The position numbers were made by a program, and so were the translations under genes. From contig CM082578.2 in assembly GCA_040954595.2 (NCBI GenBank), positions 9,161,519 to 9,225,518 of the forward strand: a stretch of 64,000 nucleotides of DNA. The letters run 5' to 3'. Within the stretch, counting starts at the first letter, position 1; each line of letters opens with the position of its first letter. Below the pieces are notes generated by a model. That model made no database searches and was not told the DNA's origin. It saw only the letters and a list, made by a program, of their open reading frames with translations. This DNA comes from Balanoglossus misakiensis (lineage: Eukaryota; Animalia; Hemichordata). Shown in pieces: positions 14,719 to 27,800 of this stretch.

Positions 14719-15882
14719 ATGGAAGTAACCATTTCCGTGATTCTGTGCTTTGCCCTCCTAACATTTTGCGAGTGTCAAAGTTACCCTACTTTTAAGGAGT
14801 CGAATGATCCAAGTAATGATGCCATAACTCTAAACAGAATGGTTGTAGACAAGGGCACTGGAGCCCTGTACGTTGGCTCTGTCAACAGGCTGTACAAGTT
14901 GACCAGTGAGTTGGTGATGGAAACTGAAGCAGTGACAGGACCCAAGGAGGATAATTCAGAACCTCAGTGTATTCCACCAGATTTTAACGAATGCGACGAA
15001 TTGTTTACAACAGACAATGTGAATAAAATCCTGGTTATTGATACAAGACTGGGATATGACTGGATTATAACATGTGGAAGTGTCTACAAAGGAATATGTC
15101 AAACCAGGAACAAACAGACACTAAATATTGAGAAGGAATTCTTTGCAAGGCAGGTAGCATCAGCAAATTCTAGTGCTTCCACATTCGGTCTCATCGGACC
15201 AGGACCAGACAGTGATGTGTTGTATGTTGGAAGAAGTTATGTGTTGAACACAGATACCCGATGGGAAGCTTTGACAAGCCGCCTACTTCCGACATCTATA
15301 GATGATGATGATGAGGATGCCTTTAATATTGTGTCATCTGAAACTGTAGCGAAGACAGCAGTCATTCGAGGGGATAGTGATTTTTTAGGAAACAACATAC
15401 ATTTCAACATAGAATATGTGTATGGATTTTCCAACAATGGTTTCATGTATTATGTAGCTGTGCAGCCTGATGTTGGCGTACAGAATGGTCCATTCAAAAC
15501 CAGAATTGTTCAAATCTGTCAAACATGTGCGAAATACAAAGAAACCTACATTGATCTTCCAATTGTGTGTAGAGACAACAGCGGAAATGAATACAATTTA
15601 GCACAATCAGCGTATGCAACCCAGGCTGGTACAGATCTTGCCGAAGATTTGGGATTAAATAATGTAGGTGATGACAAGACTGTTCTGGTGGTTACGTTTG
15701 CCAAAGGTGAAGGAACTTCAAATGTACCAACAGATGAATCTGCGGTTTGTGTTTATTCCGTTAAAACGATTCGTCAAAAATATGAAGACTGGGTCAATGA
15801 CTGCTCCAACAACGCTGGCCAACAACCTGGATGTGAATGGTCTGCACAGCGAAGTGGCGGAATATGTGGAGCAGGAACTCTG
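14719..15882 (+). CDS. PLXNA: Plexin coding exon 1: signal peptide and most of the Sema domain (388 aa)
   Basis: Hydrophobic leader [19 protein letters not shown]; [40 protein letters not shown]; donor CTG|GTATGT, phase 0. Confidence 0.95.
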
Positions 15883-18800
15883 GTATGTGTGTTGATACAG
15901 TGAAAAACTTAGAAATAGTATTGATGTTGTGGTTGCAGAGTTTCTTGACAGCAGTTACAGATTTTTTTAAATTGACTGAATTGTACTGCAAAGTTAGTTT
16001 TGGGTTGTGTGTGAAATAAATGTACTCTCCAGACACTGACTGGTAATAAATGTTTTTTTCCTTTGCAGGAAAAACCCAAGTTTACATTTGCGAATAACTG
16101 TCTTATCTTTTCAGGATGATATCATCATTGGTGACAATATGTGCAACTGCCGTGATTTCGGGAAGATGATTTGTGGGTCTGTGGACATTGTCCAAACTGC
16201 GGCCTATACAACCAGTGGGTCCAGGTTGACGGCTATTGCAGCGACAACACATCTATCACACACTGTTATCTTTACTGGAGACAGAAATGGGAAGTTGACA
16301 AAGGTAAGTGTTTGCAGTACACCATTTTGACAAGGTGATATGTGGTTTTAATCACGGTCCAAGTGTTTGAGAACACTTTGACTGGAGATTTTAAGGGAAC
16401 ATTTTCAGATCTGGTTGTGGTTGTAATTGTCCCATGTTGTTACCGACATGTACATATTACTGTGCATGTTGTCATGTCCTCCTGTGTCTTCCATTCAAAA
16501 CATAGCATTCACTAAAATAACAAAGCAGTTTATTACATATTGTTATAAAATGTCAACCAACTGAAGGAGATGGACCTGTGCACTGATACATGTTAAGTCT
16601 CTGAGGATAACACTCATAATTTTCCTCAAGGACATGTTTGAGTCAAAATATGCCTGGTAACACTTGCATACCTCAAAAGTTAGGGCCTCTGGTTTATCTA
16701 TGGATAGGACATAATGCGACTTCTTCATACCCTGGAACTGGGCCACTGAAATCTGTGGTACAAGTCTTTGCGTGTTTGTCAGTGGTATGTGTGATGGAAT
16801 TCTCTTTTGTATATGCAACAGCTGGTTGAAAGGCCGCACCCCGTAAAAAATAATATAAACAGCACACTTTATACAGTTGTGTGTTGGTCCCAGGGTTTTG
16901 CGATTGGAATCCTAATTTTGACAGGTTCCCAGGGCTGCTCTGGCTTAACCCTTTCACCACCATGGTTCAGTCCAGACACTTTGTTTTCTATGGTACGGTT
17001 GGACCTCTAAAGAAGGAACTGGGTGTGAAAGGGTTAAAGACACCCAATTTTCTCTTTCCTCATTTTCATTTGATGTAAAATAATTCTGGTTCTTGAAGGA
17101 CTTGCCGCATTTACATACACACAAACACAAACAAAACTGGACGCTGGTTCATATCTGTACATGTACTATATGTCCATTCCTTTGCATTGTTTTGTTTTGT
17201 GTCCAAACAAGGGACACCTGTGGAAAGGATTGGCCAATCCTTGAGCTGTCACTGATGTTCTGGAATGTGTGCCAAGCACTCGTCTTTGTATATAAAATGC
17301 CGGTTTGTTGCATTTCGGAATGTTTTGCCACAAATTCTTGCGATATCCGATGAAGTTGGACTAGATGTATGCATTACATTCAACACCACCATTTACTGAA
17401 CAATTTATGACAGATGAGACAATGATGTTGTCACAGCTGGGATCAGATACACATGTACATGGACCCACATGTACTGTGCACCACGTGTGTTTGTTTATTT
17501 TCTGTCTTGTGTGTAAAAAAATGGCAAATTGTGTCTCTTTCCTGGCTGGCTCCCGACCTTAAATGAACCAGAAGAGCGAGTCATGGGAATTTTTATCTGG
17601 TCGCTCACACTGCTGTGCTGCTTGGGGAGATGTGTGACCTACTTTCCAACTGTAATTGTGTCAGCTAGTTGTGGAATTCTATGAAGAAGGAATTTGGAAA
17701 ATTTTAGAGGGTTGCTGTCAGAGGGCATGGCAAAAAGTACATATAGTGGTTATATCTTTTTCCATTGAACATAAACTAAAATTTTATATTTCCCATTGAA
17801 CTAGAATTTTTTTTCTACTCACAGCTGTCTGTAGTTATTTTTCCACATTCTCCGTGGTTGAGACTGGAATTTGAGGGGGCATTTACCTTGTAGCATGTGC
17901 AGGTTTCATATACATATAGTACATGTTGTTCTATTTCAGTAGTTTCTTCAATTTATTTCCTAAATCTCAGACTCTTCCTAATCCCAAATTGTCTTTCATC
18001 TCGTAACCCATGAATTGAATTGTCACAAACATTACCCCTGGAGTTTCTATCGGACGTTTTATCAAATCAATCTATTAGGATGGCGGTGTGCGATTACATT
18101 GTTTCACTTCAAGGGGCAGATTTCAAAATTGCTCACAATCCCCAATCAAAAACAATGAGAATCAAGCTTCGCGTATTATTAAAGGAACAAGCTGCAGCTT
18201 ACTTGTGAAGAGAGGTTCCATTTTTGAGTCATTAAGTATTAATGCGATTCTTTAATGGTCTATAAAACTGGCAGACGTGCTGGAGCCGGACTGCGGGTCA
18301 CGTCAGTTCCTTCCTGGACACAGGTGCTGTACATTTACAGATTAATAGATATCAAGTGGATGCAGAATGCAGAATTTCAGGCAGGTTTTTTTTAGCTGGC
18401 AGAAACTCAAGTGTGCTGAGATGCTTATAACCTTGTCTGTGGTACACTTGTTCATCACAGGTACATGTACATGTAAACAGTTAACAAACAAATAAACAAA
18501 TATGGCCCCTTCCTGACCTGTGCTGATGACATCAACAACAAACAGACAACAGATACTGACCTTTTGACGCCACCGGCTGCGTGTGTAGTTGAACGGTCCT
18601 AGAACTACATGTATAACACATTGATGGTTTCATCCTCATTACTGCCCATACCTTTCATTTAACAAAATTAGATTCAAAGTAAATATATTTCCCGTTTGTT
18701 GACAAGAGAAATTTTGAAGAAAATGATGATGGTTTGTTGTCCATGATGTTATTTTCACTCCCACCAAGCATATTTGATAATTCGTGTCACTGATAGGTTT

Positions 18801-21800
18801 TCTGAATGGTCCTTAAAAAACCCCAGAGATACGGAAAAAAAAGATGTTCGTAATCAGAGATACAAAGAGTCTTGATGTTTGTGATTTCATTGCTTGTTGC
18901 CACGTGAATTGTTCAATATCACCAGTGTGAAGGCTTCTAGGTTGATACCTCCATAATTGATATCTCCTGTAACACACATTGACAGGCCCATCAACAGTTG
19001 TTCGACTTCACTCGCTAATGCCTCCCTGAGGAGTCAAAGTGACAGAAATCCGGGTTACAGACTTGCACGAAAAACGACAGGACGACAGTCAAAAACGGAT
19101 TCCTTTGTATCCTGCTTCTTAAATGGAAAAGTAAACCATTGTTGTCTCCGCTTGCGTTTTTTTGTCACCAAGTACTCCCCGAGTGAAGTAATCTGGTTTC
19201 CCAGCACTGAAAAGCAAAGGCTCAGTGGGACAGAGAGGGAGAGAAAGAGAGAAGAGAAGTTAAATTGACTGGGGCAGAGGTACAAAAGGTTGCAATATCA
19301 TGCGCGGGCGGTGTGGGATGGCAGTTTAATTTGTCTTGTGTGTGTGTGTATGCATCGTGAAAAATGGGGAAATTAATGAATCAATGCAAGGGGGGAAATG
19401 TCTCTCAGGCTTTGGAGAACATTATCCGTGCGTGATTGCGCTTTGCATCTGAAGAGATCGGTGGCATGCCTCGCACTCAGGTATGAATTGGCAATCAGCT
19501 GAGGTGTTTCCAGGACGACAAGACATCCATACATGTATATGCCTTCCGTGTGCCGTGGCTTCGGTGTGATGATGGCTCCCTAGTTGCTGGAGTTATTTGA
19601 ACATGACAGGAATGTGGAGCTGTGCTGGGACCGGACAAGAGTCAGTGATGTCAGACGCCAGAATTGCATTTCCATACTTTTGCACCTGAAATACAGATTT
19701 CGAATAAACGCTGCTTGCTGTAGTTTGCTACTTAGACAATCAGTAACTGTGACAGGGCAGCAGATATTTTGAGATGCGTGTACAGAAGGACAATTGTTCC
19801 GTCTGTAGTACTGTGAGAATGGAGGATAATATTCTGGCCACAGTGACATTTAAAATGTAAAACAAAGACCGAGATATTATCAAAGTCAGAAATCATAAAG
19901 TCTGCCCCCCCCCCCAGTTGACTGTAATGCTGTGTTTTGTAAACAAATGATGACATCTGAACACAACTTTGTGAGGCTTTTGTAGAGAGATTATTTAATC
20001 TATTGTGATGCATTTGCCAATTTCTGTACACAGTACACTCACTGCAGATCATAGTTCAGCATTAATCAATGCGGATCACCAGTTGTGTGAAAAGATGCCT
20101 TTGTCTGCACTTTTGTCCTGGGCTGCGTTTGGCACCTCACCATGTTCCACACTTAATATAGGCTATAAGTCCTTCAGTGTTTTCTTAGCTCTGGGATATC
20201 GAATAATTTTGGATTCATCAACTGTCTGGGGTTGGGACCCCCGTTGAGAATTTACCACAGCAATATATTCTAATTCGGCCAAAGCATCTCATGCTTACTG
20301 AAATTATCGGCAATTGTCTGCAGTAGTGTGGAATGAATTCCTGCCGGGATTGCTATGAGATTGGCATCTCTGCAGATTCTAGCAATTCCAGTGGAAAATT
20401 TATTGGAAAATTAATTCCAACCCGTGGCACTGTGAAATATTTGTGCAAAATACTTATTGCTATGTAATTTGGCCCTGGCAGGTACAATTTTGCGAGGGAC
20501 TTTAGTCTTCAATTGAAATTTAAATTGAAGGCTTTCACATGATTGCATGTACATGTAGTTGCAGCATTATTAGAAATCAACATTCAGAGATATCTTTGTA
20601 TACCACTGATTCTCAGTAACTTATAAGCTCAGTTCAATTTGATTTTCCTGCATTTGCATATATCTCAGACAAAAATTAAAATATTGACTCCTTTTTCAAA
20701 AATTCATAATTTCAAATTAATCGAAATTTTCCACATTCCATTATAATATGAAATGCACAACCTGGCGCCTATCAAAGAGAATGACCCTAGGGTCGCTGTC
20801 TTGTCGTAAATTGATTGCTTTCCCTGGGCAAGCCTTTCCTGTAAATTGACTTTTGACAGCCAAATTCCTGTGTGTGCTCTGATGAAGTCAAAGCCAGTTT
20901 TTTTCCTGACAATGTCTGTAAGACATTTAAATCTGTATATAGCCCCCCAAATCTGAAGATGTGTGGTGGTGTCATGATGTTCAGTTTTACTGTGAGGAAT
21001 ACACATTGGCCAAAGTTTGCAATTAGAGATTGTCGACTACATGCACAACAACACATGTAGCATGTTCGGTGCTAATGAAAATGTAGTAACGGAGCGAAAT
21101 CATCTTTCCTCCGTGCCCAATGATGACATCATGGCTAGAAAGGATAAAAAGCACTAAGAGACGGCTTTAGTGGCGGAATCTTGCTAATAGTGCAAGTGCA
21201 TGTAATGATTACCCAGGTCGATTATTTCCACCTGTTTCGTCCTCAATTAACGTAATGGTAGGCCCCAGTTGTAATGCCCTGTCTCACTCCGGTGCATTAG
21301 GCAAGCTGAGAGATAGCTTCCTAATGATAATGGTCAGTAGAAATGACACTGGAAATACAAGTGTCTGTGCTATGATTGATGGCGAGTGTACATCGTGTGT
21401 ATAACTGTCTCAGAGGGAATTCCTCTGGTGCGCTTTAGGATATTGCCAAAATGAAACTTTTGGTCTTTTTTAATGTCAATGGTGAGAGAAAGGGAAGATG
21501 TCCATTTTGACTGATAAATTTTCCAGCTCCATCCAAAATGATCCCTTCCATTGTAAAGTCAGTGGTTATGACTTTTGAAGGATTATTGGCTCAAAGTTCA
21601 CCTGTTTATTGAATTTCCATAATACCTTGACTGGATTGATGATGCTTGCTTGGTTGATTTCTTGAGATTTCTGTGTATTCACATTTGACAAATAGTCTGT
21701 TCTGCAATAATGGCTCTGGAACTGGATTGCATAATGGCATTTTAAAAACAAATTGCAGTCATTTTGAGGTGAAGCACAGTAAAGCACAGATCTCCTATAA

Positions 21801-24800
21801 TGACAAACAAAGTTCTCATAACCCAATACATGGAACGGTCTCCAAAGTGTATGATTCAATTATACCAAGAAACAAACTTCACACATGTACGATTACCCAC
21901 CTGGTATGTGTGCGTGTGTGTATCGGTTACATTTCAGATGGCCACTTTTTTGTACATGTCGACGTCCAAACATAGTTAGCGGCATTGCTGTTGTTTCATG
22001 TACTGCAACTGAGTGGATGGAATTCATGAAGCATCGAATCAGATGAGGCGTTTAGAGTTTCTTTTGTCTAGCGCACCCATCTCTAACAATGCTTTGTTTG
22101 ATACAGAGCCGAGAAAGTGTAGACAACATGTACATGGAGATTCTAGTCTACAGATGTGTGCAATCACTCTACAAGTACAAGATTGAAAGATTAGTGTAAA
22201 TAATTCATGGCGACCAGTTTCTCCATATGTGCCATTATTTGCTTAATATCATTAGGATTTTGTGATATTGAGCCTTGATGGGAAGCCATCAATGACTCAC
22301 TGTTTATTCACCTTTCGAGAAATACCATAACAGTAACACCATCGGATCGTTATACGATTGTAATTGAGGCAGACGTCTGTGCCTTTATGCAGTCAAGTAC
22401 TTCAGGATGTATATAAATGGACAGAAGTGAGATGTTTCTGGCTTTAAAAATGGATTGTGTTCTAACTTCTCTTAGGGAAGTGTAATTAAAGATTATAAAC
22501 CACATAAACTGACCGTAATAAAATGTGAGAATTACAAGTATTGCAATATGATGATGTTAAAAATTATTGTTGCATTAAGGATTTTTATTGGAGGCAGACA
22601 CGATCACATGACATCTGGAAATTTACTTAAGGAGTTACAAGGAGTTTTTGGTGTTCACCAGAAAAAATACTGAAATGGGTTAGAAATTGTGTATGTGTCT
22701 GTGTGTGGGGAGGGGGGGGGATGTAACTGTAGACTCTTAGTAGTACTGTGTAGTGTGTGTTGAACTTTGTGAGGACAGTGTGACAGACAATGCAGGTCGG
22801 AATGTTTATGCAGGAAAAGACTCTGATGTCACACACAAAGCATGTCAGTCTGAGACTGCATTATACATGTATATATAGCTCATTGAAATGCCTAAAAGGT
22901 GTATCCCCCAACAATGCTTCTTTTTATTGGAAAGAAAAAAAATCTGTCCCAAAGTGTACTTGGAAAACATGTTCGTGTACCTATTAATTGAATTGTTAGA
23001 AGGTCTGAGCCGAATAATGGTGGCCGTGGAGAGTTTTCTTTGCATTTTGTATGCAACAGCAAACACTTGTTATCTATGTGGATCTGAGAGATGTATGTGA
23101 CTGAAATTTTTGAACATGTTGGTTTTGTCATGTGCGTTTGGATCAAATGTGACCAGCGTATTTTGGTAAATAGGACACAAATTTACTCATCTTCACCAGG
23201 GTTGTTAAGGAAAACAAATTAGTGGTGATACCTTTACTGGACTGAGATGCTATTACTTCCAAATGCACGATTTATTTATAGCAGCTTTTATAGAATATAA
23301 AATGAAATGACTCTTTGGAAAAGCAATCACAATAATGGAAATTAAAATGCCCTGTAGCGAAAAAGAGGGAAAAGAACACTTAAATTTATTAATTCTTTCA
23401 TACAATGCCAGAAGTCAAGATATTCTAGTAAGTCAAAAAGTCCAAAAGTCAAATAATTAGAAAGCGTGTATTTGCTGTCATCAGTCATGGTGTTTTGGTG
23501 TGATGATATTTGGTGTGGGCAGCTTGGCAAATGACCAGATTATTAAATTTACCTCCGTACAATGTACCTGTGGAAATATTAAATTTCACTAATCACTGTC
23601 TGCACTTCACCATTCAATAGTTTTGTCAGCAGTGAGACAAAATTGTTTCTGGTCTAATTGGGATGTTGTCGACTAATTGGCAAATTAGGGGCAGTTGACA
23701 AAAGAATATGCAGTATATTTTACACCCACTCATTTCTAATCATGAAATAGAGAAGGCAAATTTAAAAAAAACAATGATGGTTGACGGTATATGAAGTAAA
23801 ACTGTGTATGTTTTGGTAATGGGTAATTAGAATAGCCCTCTGAACCCTCTTTAAATTCCCAAACAGAGGAATTAGTTTTAATGTGTGCAGGCATGTTTAA
23901 CTTCCACTGCCCCTCAATGGTAATGATATCTCATTTGTGAAGTTTTAAAGGAGACCCTTTATTGGATTGCGGCAGCAGAATGAGGTCAGCAAACTGGTGA
24001 ATTAGCTCAATCCATTGTTGTCATGACAGCAGAGAGAGAGCAGTGTAATGTCATAATGTCTTCCTGTAGGAATTCCTCCATTAGATGTTTTGATTGAAAG
24101 CAGGAAGGCGGTTGTTGCATTACTTTCCGTAAGAATAGAGGCAAAACTAAACGATGACGTGATGTTGTACTGTGGATGTCATATGTGCAGGTGTTTGTTA
24201 CGGTAGTAAGTTGTTTTTTGGGCCCAGTCGCAAAAACCTGTGTAGCCATTGGTCTGTGCATGCTAGGTAAACAAGTACATGTATGAGAGCCCTTCAGTAA
24301 AGGGGTCGAATGAATAGCACCAGAAACCCTAGACTGGACCGGCCGGCCACTCAACAGCTCGGGTCAGGTGGGGTGGGGTCAAGTACGTTTCCGACCTTTC
24401 TTCTCCATTTGCCGTTCGACAATCGGGATGTGGAAAGTTCATGGGGTCACAGGAAATGAACTGTCAGGCTTTGGAGGAGTCGCAGGAAGCAGCCATTGTG
24501 TTTGTGAATGGGGGACACCTGAATACCTCCGCTGGGGGTCGGTCGCTCGGGTTACCTGGGAGAGAAAACAAAAGAGCAGTTGTAGTAACCGATACGTATA
24601 TCTGCCGATCGGTTTCTGAGAATAGGGTTGGTTTGTGTGTAAGCTGATCAGATGGCAAACAAACTGCTGAGTGTATGCCCTTTGAGAAGAGAATCCAACA
24701 TAGTGTGCAGGTGTGTGAAGGATACGTCTGATGAGAAATTGACCGGATGTGCTTCTTGTTCTTTACGTCTCTAGTTCCTGTGTGGAGAAAAATAAAGTAT

Positions 24801-27800
24801 CTCCTGTATGTTACATTAATTCTAATACTCCACAATGAGCAAAATGCCATTTTCCTGGCTGTGGTGGTGAAAATCACACTCATTTTATTACACTGCACGA
24901 ATTCTAACCTGGCAGCTCATTTCATATACAACCTAATGTTCAGTCACGTTGACACCAGCTGTGGTAATGCCTGTCATTAATGAGAGGCAGTGAACGTGCT
25001 GAAAATAACCACCTTGACTTCTTTTTCCAGCGATTTCACAATATAAATCTTGTGAACTTCCAGCTGTGTTGCCTCCTTGAGTTGCAATCTGTGTGCTTCA
25101 GACACGTGCTGAGACCGTTTTTGAGAGTCTCATTGCAGATCTGCTCACGAAGGGAGCTTTAATCTTTTATGATCAACTGTATAAAATGTGAGGGAAAATA
25201 TTAAATTTTGTTCCTCGAACATAAAATGAAATTATGTTTATAACTAGAAAGCACAATGATATCCTTGCCCTCAAGTTGTGTTAGAGAATGTGTACATGTA
25301 TAAGTCTGCTTGTGTGTGTAAGTCTTTGTATATGAGCCTCCATTTTTGCAAAAACGCTGCATGATTTTGCATTAACAAGCCTTGGTAATAACTTCAAAAC
25401 CATTTCTGCACTTTTTCCCCTCGTCGTCCAGTTGACTTTGACTTGAATTTGGATTGTACATGTATGTGTATAAATAGTGATGAAAATGATGTCAATACAG
25501 CAGTCATAATGCTTCAATAAATTCTCAAACGACATTCTGAAATCTGCATTTAAAAACAATTGTGTGTGTGAAAATATTCCTAGTCCTAAAATTGTTTTCA
25601 TGCCTTTGTTGACAGCATTTTTGCAATATTTTGCTTTGTGTTCTGTTCACGGAGAGCGGCCATAGCGGAATACAACGGGATTGATGGAAATGATTAAGAC
25701 ACTGGCACCCCGTTAGGGCTGCAACAACCGCTGACCCTGATTTTGTGATGTACTAATTCATAATGGCTTTTCATTATTCATTTCCAAGGTCTCTCTGGTT
25801 GACTGGCGTATTCATCTGAGCACATCCTAGCATATTGCAATTTTAAGTGTTTTCATTCCCATGATCCTTGGCTGTATCACAATCGCAGTGTTTCCAGACT
25901 CTGGTGTTTACCTCATTTTCGTTGTTTGCATGTTGCCCTTCATTGTCCCGAATCAGGCATTATTTCAAGGAAGTTAAATAGTATTTGATAGGTTTTATCT
26001 GTCTTACTTTTCGTTGTGGTGACCAGAATACCGGTACCGTAATGCTCATTTCTACAAAACTGAATTTAATGAGATTGGATTTCTGAAGTTCTAAAGGGGT
26101 TAAATGCTGAGTCAGCACATTTCATTCATTTCCCATGCTGTTCAAGGAGCTTTTCTGTGATAGAAAAATACGAACGGCTATATCAAAAAACAAAATTGTG
26201 ATTTCTTGAAAATATTCATGTAGGGCTATGGAATGTGACACAATCGTGTGGCACGTCTGGGTTGTCCCCTACAATACAATTTAGTCATGATAGGGTGAGC
26301 GGGGAAGGGGGAGGGATACATTTGTATGAAAAAGTTCAAGAGTTGCAAGTGCTGTATATGTGTGTGTCGGCCCAGCAGTCAGTCGGACACCCAAGCCAAC
26401 AAGGCGATGCTTCGATCGCTTAGGTATGCAACGCCATATATGTTTTTGTTATCAGTTTACCAAAGCAATTCATCCACATCACGTCCGGCGAGTTACACTT
26501 TACCTCAGCCTATTAGCTGTAAATCAAATCTGCGCCGGTTAAATTTCTTGGTGAAAAGCCAGACAGTTAAAAGAGAGAAACTGCCTTCCTGGCAGACTTG
26601 CAGGCTGCCCTAAATAGCCGTGCCCGCTCACCTACAGGCTGTCTGCGTCTTTTGCATAAATGCTCTGATATTTCCTCATTTTGGCGTGGGATTGTGAAGC
26701 TAAATAACCAAATGTACTTGTGCGTGGGCAATCTGCATGTTTTGTACATAGCCTAGTAGACTTACACTGTTAAAGGTCGTCTTGTTAGCATGTAGGCCAT
26801 TTCCATTAGTTTTAATAGCTCGATTCTATATTTGCTGATCACACTGTATTGAAGTGTGTGTGCATGTTTTTGAGGTGGTTTAATATATTCCAATCTACCC
26901 ATACTTGGCTAGATATATAGTACATGTAGATGTATCCTATTTCGATGGAAGTTATTTTGATATCTCTAGGCCCCTGTTTATTCTAACACAAAACTGTATT
27001 ACCTCCAGAGAGGTGTAGTCACAAGAGCCCAGTACGATAAATCTGTCTAAACCGAACCCTGTCTAATCTGGAAACCTGTCTGTACAGAACACCTTTTCCC
27101 ATACCTTTGACGTAGAACCACATGTTTAAAGAACCTCTATAAACTGGACACCTCTGCAAACCGAACAATTTCTTCTGTCCCTTTGGTGTTTGGTTTAGAC
27201 AGGTTTTACTGTATCTGGCCAAAACAACTGGACACTTTGTTTTCCCAAAAAGAAACATTCTCTTACTCCACCTTTCCCGCTTGACCACTGTTCCCGGCCC
27301 ACATCTGTTCTACAACCTACTCTTGAGCCTTTTAACTACACCCACAAGACGTGTATAGGTCACAGAACTTTCTGCTTAACACACCAGTGCAATGTGAGGA
27401 CACTTGTGCACACTACTGCGTTTTTTTTTACACAGAACAAGTCTGACAGCTGAAGTGTATTCAATCAGTGGCCCCTGATGGATCGGTTGACGTGTTCAAA
27501 GATGAACATGACCACTTTATCAGCATTTGACTAATTGACTCCCTAACCAAATCACTTTGGCCAATTCAGCCGGTTTAATTGCAACAATTTCAGAGTGTGG
27601 ATTCTATGTGATTGCAAGTCGGGTCCTGGGCAAAAAAAAATGGCACACCCCCGCACATTTCTTTCGTGGAGATTACCCTGGAATTGCTGCCAAAGACAAG
27701 ATTGTGATGATAATTCCCCCCTGCCCATAAGTCCTGTTTATTGAAGTACTAGGCGTACAGCTTGCGCTGGTAAATTAGGTGTCCACAAAAAGTGAAATAT

